A stretch of DNA of 64,000 nucleotides from Patescibacteria group bacterium. Lineage in GTDB: Bacteria; Patescibacteriota; Dojkabacteria; JAKAPS01. Position numbers and translations under genes: made by a program. Below are positions 29,822 through 38,609 of the stretch, piece after piece; within the stretch, counting starts at the first letter, position 1, and each line of letters starts with the position of its first letter. The notes beneath the pieces are model-generated. The model searched no databases, was not told the DNA's origin, and saw only the letters and a list, made by a program, of their open reading frames with translations. Location of the stretch: contig JANWIC010000009.1 in the NCBI GenBank assembly GCA_025450075.1, forward strand, positions 38,368-102,367. The letters are read 5' to 3'.

Positions 29822-30757
29822 ATGGGGGAATTATTGAAAAACATCATTATTGAAACCCGCCCTCGTCAGTGGGTTAAAAATCTTACGATTTACGTCTTCT
29901 TGGTGTTCAGTCCGGATAGAGAACTTGTTTTATTACACCAATTCCTTATTGTTTCCTATTCTTTCATTGCTTTTACATTGTTGACATCAGGTGTATATAT
30001 CATCAATGATTTAATTGATATTGAATCTGATAGAAAAAATCCTGAGAAGAAAAATCGGCCAATAGCATCGGGAAAAATTTCCAAAAACCTCGGAATTATA
30101 CTTGCCATTATTTTTTTGCTTTTAAGTTTTATTCTCTCATGGATTATCGGTGAATACCTATTCATAATGTGTCTTTTCTACTTTATTCTCATGATATTAT
30201 ACTCTTTATGGCTGAAGAGATTGGTCATTATTGATGCATTAGTGATTGCGGGAGGATTTGTTGTTCGAGTTCTTGCAGGAGCTTTTATAATTAATGTTCC
30301 GAATCTTTACTCTTGGCTTATTATTGTGACCATATCAATAGCGCTTTTATTAGGATTTGGAAAAAGAAGATCAGAATTGACATTATTAGGATCAGACTCT
30401 AAATATCAGAGAAGTGTTTTAGAAGCATATCCAGTTGATCTGCTTAACTCATTAATATCTGCACTAGTATCATGTACTTTTCTTTCATATATTCTATTTA
30501 CTTTTCAGACTGATCTTACAGGCAATTTTGGTTTAAGCGGTTTTATTAAACTTCCTTCTCCTCTTTATCGAACCAGTCATTTATTAAAATTAACTATACC
30601 AATTGTATTTTATGGTATAGCGCGATATTTATATATTATATATACTAAGAAGGATGGATCAACACCTGAAACTGTATTGTTTAAAGATAAGCCCTTGCTC
30701 TTCACCATTATATTATGGATCTTATCTACGGTAGTATTATTGTATGCATTTAAATAG
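29822..30757 (+). CDS. UbiA-family prenyltransferase (decaprenyl-phosphate phosphoribosyltransferase-like)
   Basis: 'YIINDLIDIESDRKNPEKKNRPIASGKIS' (NDxxDxxxD aspartate-rich motif, RPxxSG). 8-9 TM. Confidence 0.8.
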   Translation: MGELLKNIIIETRPRQWVKNLTIYVFLVFSPDRELVLLHQFLIVSYSFIAFTLLTSGVYIINDLIDIESDRKNPEKKNRPIASGKISKNLGIILAIIFLLLSFILSWIIGEYLFIMCLFYFILMILYSLWLKRLVIIDALVIAGGFVVRVLAGAFIINVPNLYSWLIIVTISIALLLGFGKRRSELTLLGSDSKYQRSVLEAYPVDLLNSLISALVSCTFLSYILFTFQTDLTGNFGLSGFIKLPSPLYRTSHLLKLTIPIVFYGIARYLYIIYTKKDGSTPETVLFKDKPLLFTIILWILSTVVLLYAFK

Positions 30758-31967
30758 TAAAAATATTTTATTGGTTGGGATAATTCTCACTTTCCTTGCA
30801 ATAGTAGGAGGAAACGTATATGCGCAATCCATTTCATTAACCTCCCGATCTGATTGGAAAGCTGATGATAGTCTAATAAACAATATTCCATCATATACAC
30901 AGGTAAAAACCATTGAAATTGAAGATATCACATCAAAAGATCCTACTTTAGCAACATCTACAAATGCTTATGTTCGCGGGTTATATTATTATCTAGGTGC
31001 AGAATATGGTTTAGATCTTCCTTTTACCTATCTAGTTGGTTGGGATGGAAATATTTATGAAGGAGCAAAAAGCGGTATTGGTGCAACGGTTCAAAAGACT
31101 GCAGATGGATCAGTCATCATTGGGTATCTTGATAATGGAGATGGTATAACTTCAAATGCAACAACTTCTTTTTCATATCTTCTTGCAAAACTTGCAAAAC
31201 AAACAGGAGTCGGTCTTGATAATATTTCATCTGCCTCGTATATTTTTGACAATGGGGGTTTTATCCTCTCTGATACAAATCCTTCATGGGATGATCAAGT
31301 ATCAACTTTAAAAACCGCATTAAAAGGGCAAGTGCCAGATAAGACAGGAAGTGTCAATGATGTAGTTGGAATAAAGAGTGTTGGGGTAGAACCATCAAAG
31401 GATGGAAATCTGAATGTAACAATTAAAGCTATCAATAAAGGTGATGCAACTATATATGGAAGGATTTATGCCGGTACTGATAAAGCATCTGGTATATCTA
31501 TTCCGAATATATGGATAAGTAATCTGAGGTCGAATGCTGCTACCGTGAGTAATATACAAAATGGTGATACTTTTAGTGTTACCTTTGAGATTCTTGGAAA
31601 AGCAGCTAAAGGCCAATATTCACTTGATCTATATACCGATACCAGTAAAATTTCCGGAGGAACATTTGTTGTAACGTATGCGGATGCAAATTCATTTGCA
31701 GCAATTACAACTCCAATTGTTACACCAACTCCATCAGTAACAAATACACCTACTACAACTGGATTACAGGTTACGATTTCCAATACAGGGCTTGGATATT
31801 TAAATGTCCATGATTCACCATCAATTAGTGCTAAAATTATTGCTAAAGTAAATACTGGCGCAACATTTTCTGTTCAGAATACAGCAACAAATACCTCGGG
31901 GAAATGGTATCAAATATTATACGATGGAACAAATTCAGGTTGGATAAGTGCACAATATACTCATTAA
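30744..31967 (+). CDS. secreted cell-wall binding protein: PGRP/amidase_2-like domain + Thr/Pro linker + C-terminal SH3b-like domain
   Basis: Signal peptide 'ILLVGIILTFLAIVGGNVYA'. 'FTYLVGWDGNIYEGAKSGIGATV' resembles the PGRP/amidase_2 core, but the zinc-ligand His residues are not evident. Linker 'TPIVTPTPSVTNTPTTTG'. C-terminal 'GKWYQILYDGTNSGWISAQY' is SH3b-like. Confidence 0.45.
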   Translation: MHLNSKNILLVGIILTFLAIVGGNVYAQSISLTSRSDWKADDSLINNIPSYTQVKTIEIEDITSKDPTLATSTNAYVRGLYYYLGAEYGLDLPFTYLVGWDGNIYEGAKSGIGATVQKTADGSVIIGYLDNGDGITSNATTSFSYLLAKLAKQTGVGLDNISSASYIFDNGGFILSDTNPSWDDQVSTLKTALKGQVPDKTGSVNDVVGIKSVGVEPSKDGNLNVTIKAINKGDATIYGRIYAGTDKASGISIPNIWISNLRSNAATVSNIQNGDTFSVTFEILGKAAKGQYSLDLYTDTSKISGGTFVVTYADANSFAAITTPIVTPTPSVTNTPTTTGLQVTISNTGLGYLNVHDSPSISAKIIAKVNTGATFSVQNTATNTSGKWYQILYDGTNSGWISAQYTH

Positions 31968-32320
31968 CTTCTACCTCTATACTGACCTATACTTAGAATA
32001 TCCTTTGGTACTTTAAAGAAAATACCACTTAATGCTAGGAATATGATGTAAAGGATGAAAAGGATGATACATGCCATAATAAAGTGATAGACCTGTGTTA
32101 GATGAAAAAAATCAAATATTTTTCCTCCTAAAAAGAAGAATACGAGAAGAAAAACAATTGGAATGACGATGCTAAGGCATGTTCCTAAAGACTTGTTCTT
32201 GGAAGTGTTTAAAGTATTCAAATTTGGAACCATTGCATCATATGCTGTTTGTTGTTGAGGCGATGAGCTCATCTGTTCTTGAGGAATTTGATTTTGTTGT
32301 TGTGCTAAATTTGGTTCCAT
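31964..32320 (-). CDS. hypothetical membrane protein with Q-rich N-terminus
   Basis: 118 aa with an N-terminal 'MEPNLAQQQNQIPQEQMSSSPQQQ' and two TM helices. Confidence 0.35.
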   Translation of the reverse strand: MEPNLAQQQNQIPQEQMSSSPQQQTAYDAMVPNLNTLNTSKNKSLGTCLSIVIPIVFLLVFFFLGGKIFDFFHLTQVYHFIMACIILFILYIIFLALSGIFFKVPKDILSIGQYRGRS

Positions 32321-34374
32321 GTGAGTGTTTCTCCTTGTTTAATTTGTCCTGAAATAATTTTTTCAACAATAGGGTCTTCAATCTTTTCTTCTACAAGTCG
32401 TTTTAGAGGCCTTGCACCATAGGTATCTGATATTCCTTGTTTGGCAATTTGTTCAATAACGGAATCGGTTACCTCAAGAGTAATATGCTTTTCTTGCAGA
32501 CGTGTTTGTAAATCTTTTATGAATAATTGTACAATTGATTTTCCAACTTCTGTCGTAAGCGGTTTAAAATGAATAATCTGATCGATTCTATTCAAAAATT
32601 CAGGTCTAAAGAACTGATGAAGATTATCTTCATCTTTTAAGTTTGAAGTCATAATAATTATGGTATTTTTGAAATCAACTGTTTTTCCTTGTCCGTCAGT
32701 TAATCTTCCATCATCTAGTACTTGCAAAAAGATATCAAATACTTTCGGATTTGCTTTCTCAACTTCATCAAGAAGGATTAAGGAATATGGTTTTTTCAAT
32801 ACTTTATTCGTAAGCTGACCTCCTTCTTCATATCCTACATAACCAGGAGGAGCACCGATAAGTCTGTCAACTGTATGACTGTCTGTATATTCAGACATAT
32901 CAATACGGATCATTGCATTTTCGTCTTTATATATAACTTTTGCAAGAGCCTTTGCAAGTTGTGTTTTACCCGTTCCGGAAGGACCAATAAAAAGGAAGGA
33001 TCCGATAGGACGTTTTGGGTCTTTCAATCCAGCTCTCGCTCTTTTTATCGTTCTTGCAACACCTTCAACAGCCTCATCCTGGCCAATAACCGTTTCTTTC
33101 AAATATGATTCAAGATTCTGCAGGTCAGTTGCTTCTGCATCTGTAATATCTGTCACAGGTATACCGGTTTTTTGTGCAAGAATTTTTTTAATATCATTTA
33201 AAGTAACTTCTGTTGCATTATCAATACGAGCTTGAGATATCGCTTCATCGATTAATGAAATTGCATTTTCTGGAAGAAAAGTATCATGGACATATCTTCT
33301 GGCAAGCTCAATAACTTGTTTCGTTACTTCAGATGAGATAGGAAGGGTTGATGTCCCTCCGTATTTTGAATCCAGTATCAATTGTGCTGTTTGGATATCA
33401 GGTTCATCCATGTAGATGACTTCTGTTTTTGTTGCAAGAATTGGATAAGCCTTTAAAAAATTTTGATACTGAGTATATCCTAATGGAATAACACCATATG
33501 TAGGTGAAGCTGAAAGTATTTCAAATATTTGTGAAATAGGGGACCATTGTTTGGTATTCTCATTTGTGGATACATCTACATTATTAATATATACTACCCT
33601 TTTTGCATTGTTATTTGAAGATAATTGATCTTTACCTAAAGCAGTAAATATCTTTGCAATATTTGTTGCATTTGCTTTAGTAATATCAAGGTTAAATACT
33701 TTTGAATCATAAAAAATATTATTCTTGTCTAATGCTTTCTTTGCTAAAAGAAAACGAGTAGTTTTCTTTCCGATTCCTTCATTTCCTACAAGGAGAATAT
33801 CTTTTTTAACATCTTTATAAAAGACGCGAATAAGTTGGTCAATATATGTTGGACGGTCAACATATGCTCCTAATGTTTTCTCATCAAGTAAAGTAACATC
33901 CTCTAAAATACTTACGGTTTCCTGGTCTTGAATCTGCTGCATGTCAATTCCTTGAACGATATTTACAACTTTCAACAAACTTTCATATGATATTCGTGCC
34001 AGCTTATTCTTGCTGAGCGACATAAGAAATGCAGTTGGAGAAATCGTTTGCTCATGAAGAATATATGATTCAGACAGACTAGCTATGAGAGAACGACGTA
34101 CATCAGTACTTGTAGGGATAATATCAGGTGGTTTAGTCCATTTCTCTTTATTCTTTAATGTTTCTTCAATTTCTTTCATGAAAGGCTCAAGTTGCCCATT
34201 GCTGACAAAAATATTTTGGATTTGAGGATCATATGCAATTAATGCCCATAACATATGTTCTACACCGATCTCTTTATGCTTATCCTTAAAAGCTCTAGCT
34301 GATGCACCAATAAGAACATAAATAAGTTGATCCGAAAGAAATTGTGTTAAGTCAATTGTCCTATTCTTATCCAT
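32305..34374 (-). CDS. ClpC/ClpA-like AAA+ chaperone with degenerate first ATPase module
   Basis: Clp_N-like 'HMLWALIAYDPQIQNI'. D2 is intact: 'FLFIGPSGTGKTQLAKALAKVIY', Walker B 'LILLDEVEKANPK', sensor 'IIIMTSN', 'GARPLKRLVE'. D1 Walker A reads 'LLVGNEGIGKKTT' and the Walker B position reads 'VVYINNVDVS' (no DE), so D1 is predicted inactive. Confidence 0.8.
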   Translation of the reverse strand: MDKNRTIDLTQFLSDQLIYVLIGASARAFKDKHKEIGVEHMLWALIAYDPQIQNIFVSNGQLEPFMKEIEETLKNKEKWTKPPDIIPTSTDVRRSLIASLSESYILHEQTISPTAFLMSLSKNKLARISYESLLKVVNIVQGIDMQQIQDQETVSILEDVTLLDEKTLGAYVDRPTYIDQLIRVFYKDVKKDILLVGNEGIGKKTTRFLLAKKALDKNNIFYDSKVFNLDITKANATNIAKIFTALGKDQLSSNNNAKRVVYINNVDVSTNENTKQWSPISQIFEILSASPTYGVIPLGYTQYQNFLKAYPILATKTEVIYMDEPDIQTAQLILDSKYGGTSTLPISSEVTKQVIELARRYVHDTFLPENAISLIDEAISQARIDNATEVTLNDIKKILAQKTGIPVTDITDAEATDLQNLESYLKETVIGQDEAVEGVARTIKRARAGLKDPKRPIGSFLFIGPSGTGKTQLAKALAKVIYKDENAMIRIDMSEYTDSHTVDRLIGAPPGYVGYEEGGQLTNKVLKKPYSLILLDEVEKANPKVFDIFLQVLDDGRLTDGQGKTVDFKNTIIIMTSNLKDEDNLHQFFRPEFLNRIDQIIHFKPLTTEVGKSIVQLFIKDLQTRLQEKHITLEVTDSVIEQIAKQGISDTYGARPLKRLVEEKIEDPIVEKIISGQIKQGETLTWNQI

Positions 34375-34645
34375 GGGTGTTGAAAATGATAAGGTAGGAT
34401 ATAACTAGTGAGAGGATGAATAAAGCTGTCATACCTGCTAGAACTATATTTCGTAACCGAAGTAACTGATCTCTTTTTTTTGCTTCAATTATAAATGGAT
34501 AATCAAATGTAAATGTTACTTCATTATTTGCAAGAGTTGCAATATATCCGAAATTATTACATGATTCGCATCCTTCACCGTTGCATACTGGGCAGGAAGT
34601 TATGTTTGGTTTTCCGTAGATTCCAAAAAGATTTGTTAAGTCCAT
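34367..34645 (-). CDS. hypothetical zinc-ribbon protein with C-terminal TM
   Basis: 'CPVCNGEGCESCNNFG' is a CxxC...CxxC zinc-ribbon. C-terminal TM 'LAGMTALFILSLVISYLIIF'. It overlaps the start of the Clp-like gene. Confidence 0.4.
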   Translation of the reverse strand: MDLTNLFGIYGKPNITSCPVCNGEGCESCNNFGYIATLANNEVTFTFDYPFIIEAKKRDQLLRLRNIVLAGMTALFILSLVISYLIIFNTHG

Positions 34646-34837
34646 AGAACGGATATTACATGCAACATTATATGTTTTTTGCTAGATAAAAAGCAATGAA
34701 AGCAAAATTGTTTCAAATTTAACGAAAACTCATAAATATGTAAGAAAAAGTATTGACAAACTCATTATTATTATTTACTCTAGTGATAATATATTATGGT
34801 ACCACGGCCTCAAAGCCCCAGGGAGGTGAAGTTTAAA

Positions 34838-34936
34838 ATGGCAACTGCAAAAAGAAAAACTGCTAAGAAAACAGTAAAGAAAGCTGCAAAAAAAACAGCT
34901 CGAAAAACAACAAAGAAAGCAGCAAAAAAGAGATAA
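34838..34936 (+). CDS. very small lysine/alanine-rich basic protein (histone-H1/Hc1-tail-like), 32 aa
   Basis: ATG 34838 is preceded by a strong RBS GGGAGGTG (34821-34828). Translation MATAKRKTAKKTVKKAAKKTARKTTKKAAKKR*. A perfect hairpin terminator follows. The ORF is below the 60-aa track cut-off. Confidence 0.45.
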   Translation: MATAKRKTAKKTVKKAAKKTARKTTKKAAKKR

Positions 34937-34957
34937 TCTTTTTTGATTCACTCGAAT

Positions 34958-34997
34958 GATCCTATATGTACTCTACGTATAGGATCATTTTCTTTTG
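34958..34997 (+). terminator. Rho-independent terminator (9-bp perfect stem GATCCTATA/TATAGGATC, 11-nt loop, T-tract)
   Basis: GATCCTATA (34958-34966), loop tgtactctacg, TATAGGATC (34978-34986), followed by ATTTTCTTTTG. Confidence 0.5.
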
Positions 34998-35046
34998 ATT
35001 AACAGATACTATATAATGGAAAAACTCTCCGACATAAAAAAATCTT

Positions 35047-37149
35047 ATGGATAAATTCATTGAAGAGCTGAATAAACAGCAGCAGGAAGCAATAAAGAAA
35101 ATTGACGGGCCAGTTCTTGTTATTGCAGGAGCAGGATCAGGAAAAACAAAAACATTAACGTATCGAATTGCCTATCTTATTCAAGATAAAAAAGTAAGCC
35201 CTCATTCTATTCTTGCAGTAACTTTTACAAATAAAGCTGCAAATGAAATGAAACAAAGGATATATTATCTAATCGGAGAAACAAACATCCCGTTTTTAGG
35301 AACTTTCCATGCAATGTGTGTCAAATTCTTGCGAAGAGATGGAGAGAATATTGGTGTGGGAAAGAACTTCAATATTTATGATACCAATGATTCATTGGAA
35401 GCAATTAAAGACGCAATGAAGATACTGAATATTTCCCCTAGAGAATATAGTCCGAATAAAGTATTGGGATTGATATCTTCTTGCAAAAACGAATTAATGT
35501 CTCCTGTTGAATATGCAAGTTTTGCACGAATGCCAATACAAGAAGTAGCAAGCCAAGTGTATCCTGTCTATCAGAATATTTTAAAAAATGCGAATGCATT
35601 AGACTTTGATGACTTGATAATGAAAACAGTAGAATTGTTTTCATTCAAAGATATTTTAGAGAAATATCAAGAACAATTTAAATATGTTTTGGTTGATGAA
35701 TATCAGGATACAAATCATGCGCAGTATATTCTCATAAAAATGCTTGCTTCTAAATATCGAAATCTTTATTGTGTAGGAGATCCTGATCAAAATATCTATA
35801 CCTTTAGAGGAGCAACAATTGATAATATTTTGAATTTCGAAAATGACTATCCAGAAGCAACTGTTATCATGCTTGAACAAAATTATCGTTCTACGAAAAA
35901 TATCCTAAAGGCAGCTCATCATGTGATATCCAAAAATGTGAAGAGAAAAGAGAAAGAAATGTGGACAGAAAATTTTGAAGGAGACAAAATTAAAAGATAT
36001 ATTGCAAATAGTGAGAAAGATGAAGGATATTTTATCGTACAAAAATTAAAACAAAAAGGCGATTACAAGAATGCAGCTGTACTATACCGTACGAATGCAC
36101 AATCACGTGCAATAGAAGAAGTTTTTCTAGAAGAAAATATTCCATATAGACTGGTAGGAGGTGTACGTTTTTATGATAGAAAAGAAATCAAAGATATTCT
36201 TTCGTATTTAAAAATTTTAAGTAATCCCAAAGATAATATTGCCTTGAAAAGAATTCTTAATGTGCCAGGTAGAAAGATAGGGAAAAAATCAGAAGAAGAT
36301 CTCGAAGATTCCGCTAGAAATGAAAACTTGAGTATATTGGAATATCTCGTAAGTCATCAGGATAAAATTAACCAAAATGTTCGTACATTTGCCTCTTTGA
36401 TGGAATATTTCCTATCATTAATTGAAAGGAATGAAATAAATCTCTCTCGTTTTATCGATATCATTATTCAAAAAATAAACTATATTCCGTATTTAGAAGA
36501 GGAGGGAGAAGCAGGTGAGGTTCGTATTGAAAACATTAAAGAATTAAATACTGTAGCATCAAGATATGACAATGCAGAATTAAAATTAGGATTAAGAGAT
36601 TTTCTAGAAGATGTATCATTGGTTGAGAAAGAAACCGGAGCAGAAGATGAGTCAGAAAACCAGGTAACTTTAATGAGTGTTCATAGTGCAAAAGGACTTG
36701 AATTTGATACAGTGTTCATTGTCGGGATGGAAGAAGGGTTATTTCCGCATAGTAACTCAATGTTTAGTCCAGATGATATTGAAGAAGAGCGACGACTTGC
36801 GTATGTAGGAATGACACGTGCAAAGCGAGAACTTTACATCCTGAATGCTGAAAGAAGAACCATCTATGGGTCATCTCAATCAAATCCTGTATCACGATTT
36901 GTTCGTGATATCCCTGACTATTTACTCACATTTGAAGATAAGTTTTCAGGATATGGAGGATCATCATATAGTTACGATTTACCAGCCTCTAATCCTTTTA
37001 AAAAAGGAGATTATGTAATGCATCCAATGTTTCAAAAAGGCGTAGTCCTAGTCTCTGAAGCTGATAGTGTTACGATTAGCTTTGAAGGTTATGGGATTAA
37101 AAAGCTTCTCATCTCGTTTGCAAAAGGATTAAAAAAGATTGATTATTAG
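35047..37149 (+). CDS. pcrA: ATP-dependent DNA helicase PcrA/UvrD
   Basis: 'LNKQQQEAIKKIDGPVLVIAGAGSGKTKTLTYRIAYLI', 'AVTFTNKAANEM', 'VLVDEYQDTN', 'YCVGDPDQNIY', 'LEQNYRS', 'VTLMSVHSAKGLEFDTVFIVGMEEG', 'YVGMTRAKRELYI'. Confidence 0.92.
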   Translation: MDKFIEELNKQQQEAIKKIDGPVLVIAGAGSGKTKTLTYRIAYLIQDKKVSPHSILAVTFTNKAANEMKQRIYYLIGETNIPFLGTFHAMCVKFLRRDGENIGVGKNFNIYDTNDSLEAIKDAMKILNISPREYSPNKVLGLISSCKNELMSPVEYASFARMPIQEVASQVYPVYQNILKNANALDFDDLIMKTVELFSFKDILEKYQEQFKYVLVDEYQDTNHAQYILIKMLASKYRNLYCVGDPDQNIYTFRGATIDNILNFENDYPEATVIMLEQNYRSTKNILKAAHHVISKNVKRKEKEMWTENFEGDKIKRYIANSEKDEGYFIVQKLKQKGDYKNAAVLYRTNAQSRAIEEVFLEENIPYRLVGGVRFYDRKEIKDILSYLKILSNPKDNIALKRILNVPGRKIGKKSEEDLEDSARNENLSILEYLVSHQDKINQNVRTFASLMEYFLSLIERNEINLSRFIDIIIQKINYIPYLEEEGEAGEVRIENIKELNTVASRYDNAELKLGLRDFLEDVSLVEKETGAEDESENQVTLMSVHSAKGLEFDTVFIVGMEEGLFPHSNSMFSPDDIEEERRLAYVGMTRAKRELYILNAERRTIYGSSQSNPVSRFVRDIPDYLLTFEDKFSGYGGSSYSYDLPASNPFKKGDYVMHPMFQKGVVLVSEADSVTISFEGYGIKKLLISFAKGLKKIDY

Positions 37150-37175
37150 ACTAAAATATCGTATATTCCTATGAT

Positions 37176-37249
37176 CGGGATGTAGCTCAGTTGGCTAGAG
37201 CGCGTCGTTCGGGACGACGAGGCCGCAGGTTCAAGTCCTGTCATTCCGA
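37176..37249 (+). tRNA. tRNA-Pro (anticodon CGG)
   Basis: The manual cloverleaf folds as follows. Acceptor CGGGATG/CATTCCG with one G-U pair, then T8 A9. D-arm GCTC-AGTTGGCTA-GAGC. Anticodon stem CGTCG/CGACG with loop TTCGGGA (anticodon CGG). 5-nt variable loop. T-arm GCAGG-TTCAAGT-CCTGT. Discriminator A. No encoded CCA. Confidence 0.8.
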
Positions 37250-37301
37250 TTCTCTTTTTTATCTTTCAAGAGAGTTATAGAAGGAATTACACTATATTAG
37301 A

Positions 37302-37787
37302 TTAATAGTTGTCTTTATTTATCTCATCAAGCTTCAACTCAATTCTTTTTAATTCTTCTAAAATTACTTTGTTTTCGGATTCAATTTTAAATTCTTCTTT
37401 CTCTAATATTTTATCTCGTGTGGTAATATCTTGTTCTAATTGATTTTCTTCTTGTTTAATATCTGATTGGACTTCTTCTTCAGTAAAAAACGATGCAATG
37501 ATAGCAGTAATTACACTAAATATTCCTAAACCAATAATCATGAGTAATATGTTTAATACTTTCCCGAGTGGAGATTGAGGTACAATTGTACCTATACCAA
37601 TTGTTGATATCCCTACCGCTGCCCACCAGAGACCATCGCCAAATGATTGTATTTTGCTTCCTGGGTAACCTTGCTCGAAATATACAATAAGTATTGAAGA
37701 TATAATGACAACTATAACTATTATTCCCATTCCAATAGCTACTGCTTTTAATGAGGTTTTTTTTGGTGTTGGAGGACTTACTCTCAT
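37302..37787 (-). CDS. two-TM potassium-channel-like protein (Ion_trans_2) with non-canonical TIGIG filter and C-terminal coiled coil
   Basis: Pore region 'LWWAAVGISTIGIGTIVPQSPLGK' parallels KcsA 'LWWSVETATTVGYGDLYP'. TM1 'AVAIGMGIIVIVVIISSILIV', TM2 'VLNILLMIIGLGIFSVITAIIASFF'. Acidic coiled-coil tail. Confidence 0.6.
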   Translation of the reverse strand: MRVSPPTPKKTSLKAVAIGMGIIVIVVIISSILIVYFEQGYPGSKIQSFGDGLWWAAVGISTIGIGTIVPQSPLGKVLNILLMIIGLGIFSVITAIIASFFTEEEVQSDIKQEENQLEQDITTRDKILEKEEFKIESENKVILEELKRIELKLDEINKDNY

Positions 37788-37855
37788 ATATTCACTTTAA
37801 AATTGTTAACTTATTATAATTAATCCGTGATTAAGTATATTTTGACAAAAAATAA

Positions 37856-38488
37856 TTAGATAAGTTTATGTAAATGCCTTTGTAACTCTGCTACAACTAC
37901 TTCAGGTTCGGCAACATCTTCCATTACAATCACTTTTTCTTGGAGAGGTTCATAAATACGAATTGTTCCACTTCTGAATATTTTCTCCATAATACTCTTC
38001 GTCAAAGTAATAGAATCGATTTTATGAAATTCAATATTTTCTTCAGTCCTTGAGAGGAATCCTTTAACATGTTTTATTGTGCCATTTTTAATTTCATACG
38101 TTTCGCTTTGCCAATCTTTTTTAATCCAAAATCCAGTTATTACTTGGAAGATAATTAAGAATAGAATACCCCCAAATATAATGAAAAATGGCATGCCTAG
38201 CTTTAATGTTATGAAAAGCCACCCAATATCTATCACTGATATAGCAATTTCAGTAAAAATAATCTTTATGATTAATAACCCCGGATCGAGTTTGATAACA
38301 AATGAGTAATCATCCGGTAATGGAGTGTCTTGCAAGGGTTCATCTCCAGGATTTGCAGCTAAAGGGACATCGTCGGATGTGTTAGCATCAAGAGAAAAAT
38401 CCTTTTCATAATTAGGATTTTCCGTTCCGCAATTTGAACAAAAATGTTCATCTGGAAAGATTGCTGATTTACAATTGTCACATATCAT
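37856..38488 (-). CDS. zinc-ribbon + bacterial PH-domain (DUF304/YdbT-like) membrane protein
   Basis: N-terminal 'CDNCKSAIFPDEHFCSNCG', an acidic/Pro linker, two TM, then 'YEIKNGTIKHVKGFLSRTEENIEFHKIDSITLTKSIMEKIFRSGTIRI' (bPH_2 pattern). Confidence 0.5.
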   Translation of the reverse strand: MICDNCKSAIFPDEHFCSNCGTENPNYEKDFSLDANTSDDVPLAANPGDEPLQDTPLPDDYSFVIKLDPGLLIIKIIFTEIAISVIDIGWLFITLKLGMPFFIIFGGILFLIIFQVITGFWIKKDWQSETYEIKNGTIKHVKGFLSRTEENIEFHKIDSITLTKSIMEKIFRSGTIRIYEPLQEKVIVMEDVAEPEVVVAELQRHLHKLI

Positions 38489-38609
38489 AGAGTATTTTTC
38501 AATTGAATATATTATACATAAATTACTTCTGCTTGCAAGATGTTTTTGGGGGAATGATATTAAATTAGAGGAAGTTGTAACATCAACTCCTATCCATCCA
38601 AATCTTCTT

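Noticed and set aside
34801-34830. Locally GC-rich island (ggtaccacggcctcaaagccccagggagg) as a candidate small RNA
   Set aside because: No convincing stem-loop. It ends in the Shine-Dalgarno sequence of the mini-ORF and is more simply its 5'UTR and RBS.
37250-37275. T-rich tract (ttctcttttttatctttcaagagag) after tRNA-Pro as a terminator
   Set aside because: The short CTCTT/AAGAG stem with a 12-nt loop is marginal. It may act bidirectionally with the convergent channel gene, but the support is insufficient.
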